Shown: positions 9,374-17,804, numbered from the stretch's first letter. The stretch is DNA of 30,892 nt from Atopobiaceae bacterium (GCA_017510875.1 JAFWLX010000169.1:1-30892); one strand, 5' to 3'. Translations and numbers: made by a program. Notes: generated by a model not told the origin, from the sequence alone.

Positions 9374-9565
9374 TAATGATCCCCCTTCTCTGAAACGAAC
9401 GTGATAGAAACTGATCGTGCGTCGAATACGTCATGTTGATCTGACGGCGTAGGGCTGACGCGCTTCCTATGATCTTCGCTGCGCTGAGACACCGTGGGCA
9501 CGACGCGGACGTACGAATGACCTCCCCGCACGCACCTGCCCGTGGCAGCGCGCCAGCGCAACTCC

Positions 9566-10324
9566 TTAGAGCAGCGTAACAGATGCGTCCTCGCAGGCAC
9601 TGACGAATTCGTCAGACAGTCCCCCATCAGAGACCACGGTGTCCACCTGCTGCAATCCGCATATCCTGAACGTGGATGGTCTGCCCTCCTTGCTCGAGTC
9701 CATGAGGACGATGCACTTGTGCGAACGCTCGACCAAGGTGGCCTTGAAGACCGCCTCGTCATCCGAGCCACATGAGAAGCCCTCGCCGCGCTGGTAGCCT
9801 GTCACACCCAAGAACACCTGGTCAAACCTCATCGAACGCACCGACTCGATAGCACGTGCGCCCGTGGTACTCATGGAATAGCAGTTGAGGCGACCTCCCA
9901 CCACGAGGGTCATGACCCGCTCGAAGCGCGCAAGCTCGGAGGCCACGGTGAGCGAGTTGGTAAACACCAGCAGCTCCATGTCCTCCATCGCCGCGGCAAG
10001 CGCCGTGGTCGTACTTCCCGAGTCAATGAATATGGTGCGGCCCTCTCGAACGAGGCCGGCAGCCTTCTGTGCGATGGCCGTCTTCTCGGCCAAACGCCTG
10101 CCCACACGGCGTGCAAGCAGGTCGTCAGTACCCACCGCAAAGCCCACGGACTTGGCTCCACCATGAACCCTGATGATCTGGTGGTTTTGGTCAAGCGTCT
10201 TGAGGTCGGTTCGCAAGGTCATCTCGCTGACGTCGGGAAACGCATGCTTCAGCTGGGCAAAGGTGACGCTGCCCTCATTATTGATGAAATCAACAATGAG
10301 CTCTCGGCGCTCGGCCATAGCCAT
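9566..10324 (-). CDS. DeoR/GlpR-family transcriptional regulator
   Basis: HTH VSEMTLRTDLKTLD, IRVHGGA, IFIDSGSTT, VFTNSL and LMDSSK. GGAGGAG RBS before ATG at 10324. Confidence 0.93.
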   Translation of the reverse strand: MAMAERRELIVDFINNEGSVTFAQLKHAFPDVSEMTLRTDLKTLDQNHQIIRVHGGAKSVGFAVGTDDLLARRVGRRLAEKTAIAQKAAGLVREGRTIFIDSGSTTTALAAAMEDMELLVFTNSLTVASELARFERVMTLVVGGRLNCYSMSTTGARAIESVRSMRFDQVFLGVTGYQRGEGFSCGSDDEAVFKATLVERSHKCIVLMDSSKEGRPSTFRICGLQQVDTVVSDGGLSDEFVSACEDASVTLL

Positions 10325-10401
10325 GCTACTCTCCTCCCGCTCGCTTATGCACATATCCTCTCCTTCATGATATCGCATGAGGTGCCCCATTCCGTCAGAC
10401 G

Positions 10402-10431
10402 GGGGCGATGGGACGCAAATCCCATCGCCCC
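10402..10431. terminator. Hairpin between the dehydrogenase and deoR (possible terminator, attenuator or processing stem)
   Basis: 12-bp stem GGGGCGATGGGA/TCCCATCGCCCC with a 6-nt loop. Confidence 0.45.
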
Positions 10432-10446
10432 GCGTTATCTTGGTCG

Positions 10447-11709
10447 CTACTCAGCCCAATGCTCCAGCAGGTAGCGCTCCGCCTCCGGGCACCAGAGGCC
10501 ATTGTTGCCTTCGACGATGTCGGCGAGGCCCGCATAGCGCTCGTCCTCGTCAGCCTTGCTCCGCAGCTCGTCCAGCGCTATGAGCGGCATGGAGATGTGC
10601 GTGTAGATGAGCTTCTTGCCGCCAGCGATGGAGGGCAGGTTGCAGGTGGCCTCGGCGGCTGCGTCAAGACCGCCGATGTGGGTGACCATGACAGCCGGGT
10701 CGATGCGGCCAGCCGCCGTCAGCTCGAGCGACTCGACCATGTCGGCCGTGTTGCCGCCCGTGGTTCCCATGACGTGCGTGGAGTTGTAGTGCACGTCATA
10801 GAAGTTGATGGGCGCCTTGAACTGGGTGTCCGTCGGGCCCGCAAAGAAGTTGAGGCAGCCGTCGCGACCAAGGATGGCGCTGGACTGCTCGATGACCGCA
10901 GTCACCGGCGCGTAGCACAGCACGTCGTCGTAACCCTTGCCGCCCGTGATGGCGCGCAGCTCGGCCACGGGGTCGTCCATCTCGCCCGTGTTGACGAAGT
11001 GCAGCTCGACGCCCGTCTCCTCCTTGACCTGCTCGGGCGGGAACAGGCTGGCCGCACGGTCGAGACGCTCCTGGTTGATGTCGGTCACCACAAGGAGGCC
11101 GGGCTTGCGATCACGATGCAGCGCATAGGTGAGTGCGCCCAGGCCCATCGGGCCCGCACCGGCGGTGATGGCAAGGTTGCCACCCTCACGGATGCCCATC
11201 TCGTGGGTGTAGACGCCCATCTGCGTGTGATAGGCCGCGTTGAGCGCGCCGACGGAGCAGGAGAGCGGCTCGGCAAGGGACGCCTGGTAGTACGCCTCGC
11301 CCTCGTAGACGAGGAAGCTGTTGGTGGCAAATATCTCCTGCGGCAGGATGCAATAGGTAGCATCTCCCCCGCAGAACTCATAGGAGTAGCCCGGAGAATC
11401 CATCGAGCCCTTGTAGTTGATGGCAGGCTGGATGGTGAACTTCTGGCCCGGGTGGTAGAGGTCGGCATACTTGGCCCCAACCTCAACGATGTTACCCGCA
11501 AACTCATGGCCTGTGATGGGCGGATGCTCGGCGGCGTCCTCATGCACCCGCTTATGCTCGGTGCCAAGCTTGGCCATCTTGTAGGTTGACATGCAGATGG
11601 AGTCAGATATGACCTCGACCAGCATCTCGTCGTCGGCGATCTGGGGAAGCTCGAACTCCTCCAGCCTCAGATCCATCGCCGCATGCAACCTCACTGCTTT
11701 TGCCTTCAT
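10447..11709 (-). CDS. Zn-dependent MDR dehydrogenase, L-sorbose-1-phosphate reductase (SorE)-like
   Basis: DSICMS and GHEFAG catalytic Zn ligands, no four-Cys structural Zn lobe, AGAGPMG Rossmann motif, VTDIN, GTTGGNT, GGKKLIY. The N-terminus parallels enterobacterial SorE. Confidence 0.85.
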   Translation of the reverse strand: MKAKAVRLHAAMDLRLEEFELPQIADDEMLVEVISDSICMSTYKMAKLGTEHKRVHEDAAEHPPITGHEFAGNIVEVGAKYADLYHPGQKFTIQPAINYKGSMDSPGYSYEFCGGDATYCILPQEIFATNSFLVYEGEAYYQASLAEPLSCSVGALNAAYHTQMGVYTHEMGIREGGNLAITAGAGPMGLGALTYALHRDRKPGLLVVTDINQERLDRAASLFPPEQVKEETGVELHFVNTGEMDDPVAELRAITGGKGYDDVLCYAPVTAVIEQSSAILGRDGCLNFFAGPTDTQFKAPINFYDVHYNSTHVMGTTGGNTADMVESLELTAAGRIDPAVMVTHIGGLDAAAEATCNLPSIAGGKKLIYTHISMPLIALDELRSKADEDERYAGLADIVEGNNGLWCPEAERYLLEHWAE

Positions 11710-11762
11710 GGATGGAACCCCTCCCATACGTTGTGCGCCTTGCGCAATTCTGTTGGAATGAC

Positions 11763-11988
11763 TGTTGTTTCAACACCTTGCTTAGCATTCTACTTATCAA
11801 TTCAACATTGTCAAGTGTTTAAACTGAAAGTTTTGCTCTAAAGGCCATGCCTCTTCTGGCAACACCGACTGCCTTTACTTTTATACCGTTTACCTGCCTA
11901 TTAGCGGCTAGCTTCCGGTTTCTTGCCAAAAGTTTCTTGCACTTTTATTTCAAAAGGTCTAGAGTCTGAATTGTCGTTTCAACACCTT
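11763..11988. promoter_or_regulatory. Divergent AT-rich promoter region with two near-identical 17-bp boxes (candidate DeoR operators)
   Basis: TGTTGTTTCAACACCTT at 11763-11779 and TGTCGTTTCAACACCTT at 11972-11988. Core palindrome TGTTG-N3-CAACA. Partial copy TTCAACA at 11801. Confidence 0.6.
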
Positions 11989-12030
11989 ACATAACAACGA
12001 CATTCACGCACCACAACGAAGGAGAGGGAA

Positions 12031-13890
12031 ATGGCAGACATTCGAGCAGGAATAGCCAAGTTTGGCAAGTTCCTCAGCGGCATGGTCATGCCCAATATCG
12101 GTGCCTTTATCGCATGGGGTTTCCTTACGGCACTGTTCATCGAGACGGGCTGGCTGCCAAATGCGCAGCTGGCCGAAATGGTTTCGCCCATTCTTAAGTA
12201 CCTGATTCCCGTCATGATCGCCGGCCAGGGTGGCCAGGCCATCGCAGGCCAGCGCGGTCGCGTCATCGGTTCCATCGCCGTCATGGGCGCCATCGTTGGA
12301 TCCGACTACACCATGCTCATGGGCGCCATGGTCATGGGTCCGCTCGCCGGCTTCGTCATCAAGAAGTGGGACGAGTGGGCAGCCAACTGGAAGCCCGCCG
12401 GCCTCGAGATGCTCGTAGACAACTTCTCGCTCGGCATCCTGGGCATGCTGCTCGCCATAGCTGGCTACTACGGCGTAGGCCCCTTCATGGGCGGCATCCT
12501 GGTAGTGCTGCAGGCAGGCGTCGAGATGCTTGTCAACGCACACGTGCTTCCGCTTCTGGCCATCTTCATCGAGCCGGCCAAGGTGCTGTTCCTCAACAAC
12601 GCCATCGGCAACGGCGTGTTCGTGCCCATCGCGACCGAGCAGGCCAAGGAAGCCGGCCAGTCCATCATGTACATGCTTGAGTCCAACCCCGGCCCCGGCC
12701 TCGGCGTGCTCCTTGCCTACTGCTTCTTCTGCAAGGACCAAGCGACCAAGCAATCCGCGCCCGGCGCCATCATCATCCACTTCCTTGGCGGCATCCATGA
12801 GATCTACTTCCTGTATGTCCTCATGAACCCCAGGGTCATCATCGCCCCAATCGTGGGCAACATGGTCTCCATCCTGCTCTTCAGCGTCTTTGGCTGCGGC
12901 CTAGTTGGCCCCGCCTCCCCCGGCTCCATCATCGCCTTCATGGCTATGGCGCCTCAGGGCCAGACCATCCCAATCCTGCTTGGCGTGCTCGCAGGCGCTG
13001 CCGTGTCGTTCGTCATCGCTTCGCCCATCGTCCGCGCCTCTGACGTCTCCGACCTCGCCTCCGCGCAGGCCACTGTCTCCAGCATGAAGAGCGGCGACTC
13101 CGCCACGAACGCAAGCGCTGGCTTTGGTGACAAGATCGTCTTTGCCTGCGACGCTGGCATGGGCTCCTCCGCCATGGGCGCAACCCGCTTCCGCAACCGC
13201 ATCAAGCTGGACCGTCCCGACCTCATCGTGGAACACGCCTCCGTGGACGAGGTCCCCGCAGACGCAAGCATCGTCGTCGTGCAGGCAAACCTTGCCGACC
13301 GTGCTCGCAAGAGCGCCCCGCAGGCCCAGTTCGTGGTCATCAACAACTTCCTGTCCGACCCCAACCTCGACAATCTGTACAACTCGCTCGTGTCGGCCGC
13401 TGCGGCAGCTGGCGTCGGCGAGACCGATGACGCCATCCTCACCGAGAAGATCGAGTCTCCCAACGCGCCGAGCATCGCCATCGACCGCGCGGGCATCAAA
13501 CTCGGCTGCCCCTCAGTGAGCAAGGACGAGGCCATTCGCGCCTCTGGCGAGCTGCTCATGGCCCATGGCGCCGTTGACGCAAGCTACATCGACGCCATGC
13601 TCGAGCGCGAGCGCGTCCAGAGCGTCTACATGGGCATGGGCGTTGCCATCCCGCACGGCACCAACGAGGCAAAGGACTCCGTCAAGAAGACCTGCGTGAC
13701 CCTGCACCAGTATCCCAATGGCGTTGACTGGGGCGAGGAGAAGGCCTACCTGGTCTTTGGCATCGCCGGAGCCGGCGGAGAGCACCTGCAGGTGCTTGCC
13801 AACGTCGCTCGCGCCCTCGAGGACGAGGCGGTCGTCGAGAGGATGCGCACCACCGATGACGTCGACTGGCTGCTGCAGATTCTGAGCTAG
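12031..13890 (+). CDS. mtlA: PTS mannitol-family transporter, fused EIICBA
   Basis: FGKFLSGMVMPNIGAFIAWG, EPAKVLFLNNAI, ESNPGPGLG, GGIHEIYF; IIB FACDAGMGSSAMGA; IIA GVAIPHGT. Confidence 0.93.
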   Translation: MADIRAGIAKFGKFLSGMVMPNIGAFIAWGFLTALFIETGWLPNAQLAEMVSPILKYLIPVMIAGQGGQAIAGQRGRVIGSIAVMGAIVGSDYTMLMGAMVMGPLAGFVIKKWDEWAANWKPAGLEMLVDNFSLGILGMLLAIAGYYGVGPFMGGILVVLQAGVEMLVNAHVLPLLAIFIEPAKVLFLNNAIGNGVFVPIATEQAKEAGQSIMYMLESNPGPGLGVLLAYCFFCKDQATKQSAPGAIIIHFLGGIHEIYFLYVLMNPRVIIAPIVGNMVSILLFSVFGCGLVGPASPGSIIAFMAMAPQGQTIPILLGVLAGAAVSFVIASPIVRASDVSDLASAQATVSSMKSGDSATNASAGFGDKIVFACDAGMGSSAMGATRFRNRIKLDRPDLIVEHASVDEVPADASIVVVQANLADRARKSAPQAQFVVINNFLSDPNLDNLYNSLVSAAAAAGVGETDDAILTEKIESPNAPSIAIDRAGIKLGCPSVSKDEAIRASGELLMAHGAVDASYIDAMLERERVQSVYMGMGVAIPHGTNEAKDSVKKTCVTLHQYPNGVDWGEEKAYLVFGIAGAGGEHLQVLANVARALEDEAVVERMRTTDDVDWLLQILS

Positions 13891-13936
13891 TCCCTCCCTT
13901 CCCTGTTGCCCGATGGTCCACAGCATCGGGCAATGC

Positions 13937-13982
13937 AAAAGGCGCCGGAGCAGTCGAAAGGCTGCTCCGGCGTCCCCTTTGT
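13937..13982. terminator. Bidirectional intrinsic terminator between mtlA and the HAD gene
   Basis: AAAA-GGCGCCGGAGCAG..CTGCTCCGGCGTC-CCCTTT stem between convergent genes. Confidence 0.75.
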
Positions 13983-14023
13983 GCAGAAAGCATCATCGCT
14001 GGCGGGCCAGCTCTCAGTTGTGC

Positions 14024-14677
14024 CTATCCTACCGCCCCTGCGGCAAGTTTGTCTCGCACCTCAAACAGGTCCGAGCAGATGAGCGCCGCGTTCTCCTTGG
14101 CAAAGTCGTCTGGGGCTATCATGTCGGGCACCATGATGGTTATGAAGCCGCCTGCCACACCCGCACGCACGCCCGAGAGGCTGTCCTCGAGCACCAGCGT
14201 GTGCGCAGGGTCAACGCCCATGGCCTCGGCCGTCTTGAGAAAGATGTCGGGCTCGGGCTTGGGATGGGCCATGCCCACGCCTGTGAACAGCTCGCCAAAG
14301 TACTCCTCCACACCACCATTGGCCAGGTTCATCCGTATGGCCTCAAGCGAGCTGGACGAGGCGACGGCCATGGGAATGCCCTGTTCCTTGAGGTAGGCAA
14401 GCAGCTCATCGAGGCCAGGCTTCTTGGGCACGCCCTGACGAATGCGCTCGTGGACCTTAGCGTAGGCCGTCTCGCGCACATAGGCCGCATCTACGTCCGG
14501 CACGAAGCGGTTGATAACCGCCTCCATGCTCTTGCCCGACGTGCCCCTCACCGCATCGGCAAGCCCATGGGGATACTCCTTCCCCACCGTTGCCAGCACC
14601 GGCGCCCAGGTCTCGGTCCAGATGGGCTCCGTGTCAAACATCAGGCCGTCCATGTCAAAAATCGCGCCTTCAAGCAT
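14024..14677 (-). CDS. HAD-IA family sugar-phosphate phosphatase (YniC/HxpB-like)
   Basis: Motif I AIFDMDGLMFDTE, VASSS, KPEPDIF and LEDSLSG. GAGGAGG RBS before ATG at 14677. Confidence 0.88.
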   Translation of the reverse strand: MLEGAIFDMDGLMFDTEPIWTETWAPVLATVGKEYPHGLADAVRGTSGKSMEAVINRFVPDVDAAYVRETAYAKVHERIRQGVPKKPGLDELLAYLKEQGIPMAVASSSSLEAIRMNLANGGVEEYFGELFTGVGMAHPKPEPDIFLKTAEAMGVDPAHTLVLEDSLSGVRAGVAGGFITIMVPDMIAPDDFAKENAALICSDLFEVRDKLAAGAVG

Positions 14678-14895
14678 TGTGCTGACCTCCTCGCTCGCGC
14701 CGTTTGCATCAATGACTCCAGTGTAGTGCATTACCTGCGCCCTCGATCTGCGAGCGGCCTGCGTATCGGGCGGAGGAGCGAAGCGATACGTGGCAACGTG
14801 CACAGGAGCCTTCCCCGTAGCCACCCACGCGAAAGCGGAGCGAAGGGCAATACGCCCCTCGCACCGCTCGAAAAGTCCCAGGAGATGGGTGGTCC

Positions 14896-16233
14896 CTACG
14901 CCCGGTAGCGCTCCACGACCTTGAGCACAATATCGTCCGCCTGGCGACACAGCTCGTCGGTGGGTGCCTCGGCCAGGATGCGCACCAGCTGCTCGGTGCC
15001 GCTCGCTCGCACGAAGCAGCGCCCGTTGCCCGCAAGGAACTTGTTTGCCTCCTTCTCGGCAGCCTTCACCTCGGGGTCGGCCATCGCGGCATCGCGATCG
15101 GTCACCGGCACGTTGATCAGCAGCTGCGGGTAGAGCTTGACCGGACGCACCAGCGTGGAGAGGCTCTCCTTCTCGGAGCGTACCGCCTCCATGATACGCA
15201 GGCTGGTCATGATGCCGTCACCGGTGTTTTCGATGTCGCCAAAGATGATGTGGCCGCTCTGCTCGCCGCCAAGACTGTAGCCGTTCTCGCGCATGCAGGC
15301 ATAGACGTACTTGTCGCCTACGCTGGTGGTCTCGTACTTGATGCCAATCTCCTCAAGCGCCTTGAAGAAGCCAAAGTTGCTCATAACGGTGGGCACCACG
15401 GTGGACTTGGCCAAACCGCCGTGCTTGTTGAGGTAGCGGCCGCATACGTACAGGATGAGGTCGCCGTCGACCACATGGCCCTTGTCGTCCACCGCAAGGC
15501 AGCGGTCGGCGTCACCGTCATAGGCAAAGCCCACGTCAAGGTTGTTGCGCAGGACGAAGGACTGCATCTGGTCGATGTGGGTGGAACCGCAGTTGACGTT
15601 GATGTTGAAGCCGTTGGGCGTGTTGTTGTAGACGTAGACGTCCGCACCCAGCGCGTCGAACACCGGCTTGGCAACGCTCGAGGCAGCGCCGTTTGCGCAG
15701 TCGAGGCCGACCTTCACCCCCTGCAGGCTGAATTTGGCACTGGCGATGAGGTGGGCGATGTAGCGATTGCGGCCCTGCATGAAGTCCACGGTGCAGCCAA
15801 TCGCGTCGCCCGTGGCCAGGGGCACATCAATCTCGCCGTCGATGTAGCGCTCGATCTCCTTGAGGACGTCCTCGTCCATCTTCTCGCCCTGGCCGTTGAC
15901 GAGCTTGATGCCGTTGTCGTAATAGGGGTTGTGGCTTGCCGTAATCATGATGCCGCAGTCAAAGGCGCCATCAGCCGTCACGTAGCTCACTCCTGGGGTG
16001 GGGATAACATGGAGCATGTAGGCGTCGGCGCCACTGGCAACCAAGCCGCTTACCAGCGCAGACTCAAACATGTAGCTCGAGCGGCGGGTGTCCTTGCCCA
16101 ACACGATACGCGCCTTGCGCTCCTGGCGAAGGCCGTAGTACCAACCCACGAATCGACCGATCTTGAAGGCGTGCTCAACGTTAAGGCCCTCGTTTGCCTG
16201 TCCACGAAAGCCGTCGGTTCCGAAATACTTCAT
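14896..16233 (-). CDS. glmM: Phosphoglucosamine mutase
   Basis: YFGTDGFRG, GKDTRRSS, phosphoserine motif ITASHNP, DGDADR, GGEQSGH and RASGTE. Confidence 0.96.
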   Translation of the reverse strand: MKYFGTDGFRGQANEGLNVEHAFKIGRFVGWYYGLRQERKARIVLGKDTRRSSYMFESALVSGLVASGADAYMLHVIPTPGVSYVTADGAFDCGIMITASHNPYYDNGIKLVNGQGEKMDEDVLKEIERYIDGEIDVPLATGDAIGCTVDFMQGRNRYIAHLIASAKFSLQGVKVGLDCANGAASSVAKPVFDALGADVYVYNNTPNGFNINVNCGSTHIDQMQSFVLRNNLDVGFAYDGDADRCLAVDDKGHVVDGDLILYVCGRYLNKHGGLAKSTVVPTVMSNFGFFKALEEIGIKYETTSVGDKYVYACMRENGYSLGGEQSGHIIFGDIENTGDGIMTSLRIMEAVRSEKESLSTLVRPVKLYPQLLINVPVTDRDAAMADPEVKAAEKEANKFLAGNGRCFVRASGTEQLVRILAEAPTDELCRQADDIVLKVVERYRA

Positions 16234-16397
16234 ATGATGCTCCTTGGTTTTATTTGCACGCTTACGTGTATCTGAACGATTTTAGCAGGATGATCCGTTT
16301 TGCCAAATGCCCACACGCATACGCCAAGAATTGCCCTCATCAAGACAAACGAATGGCGCATCGTCACGTATCGCCATGAAAACGGTAGGGCACTTTG

Positions 16398-16498
16398 CTA
16401 TTCGTCGCAAGTTTGCGACGAATAGACCTCCTGTGCACGAGTACCGCTATGGCAGCTCCTCATGAGAGGCCTATCTGTCGCAAACTTGCGACGAATAA
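16398..16498. repeat. REP-like palindrome doublet, downstream flank of the nuclease-like gene
   Basis: Copy 1 (16398-16425) is CTATTCGTCGCAA-GT-TTGCGACGAATAG with perfect 13-bp arms. Copy 2 (16471-16498) is CTATCTGTCGCAA-AC-TTGCGACGAATAA, inverted relative to copy 1. Spacer 45 nt. Confidence 0.9.
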
Positions 16499-16499
16499 G

Positions 16500-17507
16500 C
16501 TACACGACACTCTTTTTCTGTCGAGTATGCCTCTTGCGCTCATCCTGCCTGGGAGTAACCTTCTTGCCAAGAATGTCCAACAGACGTTGAACCTCATTGA
16601 TGCTGGGCCACACTTCCTCCCGAACGTGCTTGCGGGTCTTTCTCGCCACCCACCGAGCGATATAGTCCATTTGAACGGCGCTGCTCAGCTGGCCGTTAGT
16701 CACATAGAGAAGCTCATATCCCTCTGTGCAAAGGGCATAATGCCTTGAGCAGTCATCCTCAATCTGCTTTTCATGGTCCTTGCCAAGGTATTCAAGACCG
16801 AAAAAGCGCTCCGGCCAACACAAGTCAATCCTACATTCTTTACGCGCATAGAATTTCTTGGCATATTCATCCAATGGGACGCTGTAGTTCATCTGAGGAA
16901 GCGCAAGACCAAACCCGTAATACGACGGAGGCAACGACAGCGCAAGCTGCAAGTTAATCTCTTGAGGTGACGCCGCTCCCGCACAAGTCCAACGTAACGC
17001 TTCTCGTAACTGCCCGACTCCCCTAGCACCAGACGCGCCCTTGACGAAGCGATATAGGTCGTCCTCTTTGATTAGGGGCAATCTGTCCTCAAGAACATCT
17101 TGGCCATTCTTCCCCATGGTCGGAGATTTCGTTGCGAGGTAGCGTCCCAACATCATGCAGAGATTAATCATGTGAAGCTCGGATGCCTGCTGCATGAGGC
17201 AGAACGCAGGGGACGACACATACAGCCCCATTGTGTTAGGAGCACGAAGTAGCGCCCCCTCGGGCAGTCGCCCTGTCCACCTGTGGCACACGACCATATC
17301 GTTTTCTCGCGGAGCTCCCCCGTCTCCAACAAGAACCTCAATACCATCGCTAAACACATCGGCCAAGTAGGACGGTATCCAGACGCCTTCAAAATCCGCC
17401 CTGAACTGAGTAACGCAACTTGATGAGACGGGCTCCATCTCAATGCCCTTGTGCGCAAACAGCTCAAGCGCTTTGTCGGCCGATGCATTACATAAACAGA
17501 TGCTCAT
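16500..17507 (-). CDS. AbiEi-like/DUF559-type putative endonuclease (PD-(D/E)xK-like), 335 aa
   Basis: LYVSSPAFCL and ASPQEINL motifs; C-terminal RIDLCWPERFFGLEYLGKDH...DCSRHYALCTEGYELLYVT resembles Vsr/DUF559 domains. AAAGGGGG RBS before ATG at 17507. Family call is by motif recognition only. Confidence 0.7.
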   Translation of the reverse strand: MSICLCNASADKALELFAHKGIEMEPVSSSCVTQFRADFEGVWIPSYLADVFSDGIEVLVGDGGAPRENDMVVCHRWTGRLPEGALLRAPNTMGLYVSSPAFCLMQQASELHMINLCMMLGRYLATKSPTMGKNGQDVLEDRLPLIKEDDLYRFVKGASGARGVGQLREALRWTCAGAASPQEINLQLALSLPPSYYGFGLALPQMNYSVPLDEYAKKFYARKECRIDLCWPERFFGLEYLGKDHEKQIEDDCSRHYALCTEGYELLYVTNGQLSSAVQMDYIARWVARKTRKHVREEVWPSINEVQRLLDILGKKVTPRQDERKRHTRQKKSVV

Positions 17508-17613
17508 GATGCCCCCTTTCGCTCGGGAACACCTATCATCCATGAGTGAGCACAAAAGTGCCTGAGAATTCCAATCGCTTCATTTTTCATGCAGCGACCT
17601 TAAAAGTAGTTAC

Positions 17614-17631
17614 GTGCGACATTCGTCGCAC
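17614..17631. repeat. Mini-hairpin carrying the REP core, upstream of the nuclease-like gene
   Basis: GTGCGAC-ATTC-GTCGCAC contains ATTCGTCGCA, identical to the repeat arm. Confidence 0.55.
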
Positions 17632-17697
17632 CGGGTCGTTTTCTTCTCGAAGCCATAGGCATGGATAGCTTGTTGTTCAAAAATCGAAGCCTCGTGC

Positions 17698-17804
17698 CTA
17701 TTCGTCGCAAGTTTGTGACAAATAAGGCTCTCGCGAAGCGATGTCGCCATCGGCCCCATCATGAGAGGCTTATTCGTCGTAAACTTGCGACGAATAAGCC
17801 TCTC
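17698..17804. repeat. REP-like palindrome doublet, upstream flank of the nuclease-like gene
   Basis: Copy 3 (17698-17725) is CTATTCGTCGCAA-GT-TTGTGACAAATAA. Copy 4 (17763-17804) is GAGAGGCTTATTCGTCGTAA-AC-TTGCGACGAATAAGCCTCTC, a 42-bp palindrome with one mismatch. Same polarity as the left doublet, starting exactly 1300 bp away. Confidence 0.9.

Noticed and set aside
5801-9376. 1191-aa plus-strand ORF
   Set aside because: Antisense shadow of adhE and the kinase caused by high GC3; no motifs, with composition typical of reverse-frame reads.
9374-9565. Rex operator upstream of adhE
   Set aside because: No adequate match to the TTGTGAA-N4-TTCACAA-type palindrome.
10408-11589. Other long opposite-strand ORFs (10408..11589, 12004..12798, 15250..16275, 17925..18878, 13913..14908, 2318..3118)
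   Set aside because: All are shadows of well-supported genes on the other strand and lack motifs.
16234-16397. glmS ribozyme or other riboswitch upstream of glmM
   Set aside because: No recognisable conserved core.
16398-17804. Mini-CRISPR arrays (28-bp repeats with 44-45-nt spacers next to a nuclease-like gene)
   Set aside because: There are only two repeats per cluster, they are mutually inverted (GT versus AC centre), the spacers share sequence, and no cas genes are present. A REP-doublet model fits better.
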